Shown here: one piece after another, positions 62,141 to 64,000 of the stretch | Layout: each line of letters opens with the position of its first letter | Numbering within the stretch: position 1 is the first letter of the stretch | Assembly: GCF_008831285.2 (NCBI RefSeq) | Contig: NC_045138.2 | Span: 37,944,001-38,008,000 of the forward strand | DNA length: 64,000 bases | Reading direction: 5' to 3' | Source: Nymphaea colorata | Taxonomy: Eukaryota | Position numbers and translations under genes: made by a program | The notes under the pieces: model-generated | The model's input: the letters and a program-made list of their open reading frames with translations, nothing else | Database searches by the model: none | Told to the model about the DNA's origin: nothing

Positions 62141-64000
62141 GGGCACGGTCGTACAGGGAAATTCTCAATTTTTTTTTGTTGGCCCCTCTAAAATTTGATA
62201 GAACAATAACGAGCTTCCCAACATAAATTTTCTGGTCTGACCTGATGGTAGCCCCAGCAACAGTATTAGGCAACTCTAAGGAAGTGGACAATGAAATAAA
62301 AGAAGCGGTCAGTACATTCCCCATTTAATATATGCATTTGGCTTCTTGTGATCAATGTTCGGCCCACAACCTTACGTGTACTTTAAAAATCATTCCCCAG
62401 ATTTCTCTACAGATAACGAACTGTTTCAGCATGATGAACTTGGAACCAAACATCCAGAACATAAAAGGTACGATCTGTCGAAATGAGCTTTCTTATATAA
62501 TTGAGAGGACAATTCTGTATGTTTAGGCCGTCTTATTAGACTATAAAAACTCACCATAATCTTGTTGGCTAAGATAGGTACAGTAATACAAATAATACCA
62601 AATAGGCAAACCGAAATAATGCCTTCGTTTATAGAGATACGAAGAACCCAAAGAAAGTTACACAATGAAAAGATATGAGTAAGAGAAACACGTCCATCAT
62701 ATTATACTGTTTGGCTCCATGTGGGAAATGATGGAGGGAATTATTGGGGAAATCTGTGACAAGATGTAGCTGTAATCCATCTCAGGATGGCCCTGCAAGA
62801 TGGCACATTATTTTCTGTGTGGACCTTAAGCTAAAGTTTACAACAGAAGGAGATGCGATTCGTGAAGTAAGAGTTTCCTCCATTAAAAGTTTTGCAACGT
62901 TGCAAAAATCGGTTTCCAATTGCTCTTGGAAGCCATGAGAGATCGAAACGTGTTGGCCATATACATCAATACAAATAGATTTTAAAAGTGAGTTGAAATT
63001 TTATTTTTTTCTTAAAAAGTTTAATTCATTGACGCATATGTGTATCTCCTGATTTTGGGAAAGGTCTCAATCTGCCCCTGCCTGGCCTCAGTTTGCATCT
63101 ATACAGCGGGGTTTTGGATTCTTGTATCCAATGATTGAGAAGATGACTTTCATAATTGTTTTCTTCTTATGAGGAATTGAAATCAGGTGTTGCCAGATGA
63201 CAAAATATATAACAACCATCGTTAAAAGCACCAGCATTAGCAAGAGTTTATGGTACAACGATGATTTATCATGCTTTTAACGATAATTTATGATGTTTTT
63301 CGTGTTGAAATTGAAATAGTTAACCATCTAGCAAACATTGGCAGCTGGATGATTTCAATTTTTCTCATTTTCATTATTTAAGCAACTAGGATGGATAAGC
63401 TTACAGGTTGAAGCCAAATCCGCCACCTGTTGTGGAGCAGGTCTGGCCCCAATACAGCTGCACAATTATTGAGTAATTACATGTCATAAAGCAATTTTGT
63501 AAACTGTTTCTCAAAGTTCAAGTTCAGGATAAGACTACATGTTTAAAGGCCTTTTAAGTTGGTCCTTCATTTCTTTCAATGTATCAGTAGTGTTGAGGTT
63601 CAGAAAGTTTTGAAAGTTTTATCCTTACAATAAACTTTTCATCATTCGTACCAGTATTCGAATTGGAGACCAAGTATCTGAAAATCTAATAAATCAGATA
63701 TGGTAAAGGGTGCGTCTACTTGAATCCGATTCTTCTGCCATCCCCATTTACTCTATAGCAACAAGGATTCAAGGCCAGGATTCTCCATCCAGCTTAAGGA
63801 ACAAGTTCGAGAAATTATGTGTGCAATTTCCTAAAAGTAGTTATAGTGGGGTCACTAGAATTTATCTTCTCAAACAATCTTGGATGGAATGTGAACTTTC
63901 TCAGTAAGTCTTAAGCATATCTTGACAAGGAAAGCACTTAAGTGTCTAAAGGAGTCTTTCGACACTGGTGTGCAGATCACCTTATGTGACTGTAATTGGT

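Overview
Eukaryotic (flowering-plant) nuclear DNA: AT-rich, with GT-AG spliceosomal introns, many short non-autonomous transposon remnants and microsatellites. I reconstructed four protein-coding genes by hand, each giving a continuous reading frame. (1) An intronless P-class PPR gene (+, 2003-4378). (2) An 8-coding-exon CDK-like (CDKL, At1g54610-type) Ser/Thr kinase (-, 14533-5934, 684 aa). (3) A 23-exon VPS18 (HOPS/CORVET core) gene (-, 46370-20156, 992 aa). (4) A 10-exon 4R-MYB / SNAPC4-like gene (+, 48229-60238, about 1379 aa), divergent from VPS18. I can support no rRNA, tRNA, snRNA, CRISPR array or autonomous transposon, and I see no clearly new multi-gene system. The most unusual signal is a 4-copy, roughly 90-aa coding tandem repeat at the C-terminus of the 4R-MYB protein, each copy ending in a basic RARRASRRNV(xY) motif. 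Other points worth checking: the kinase lacks the family's N-terminal Gly2; its first two introns are frame-preserving and stop-free; short uORFs sit just upstream of two genes; and some MITE insertions appear nested. Family assignments come from recognising motifs, not from database searches. TE boundaries are approximate.
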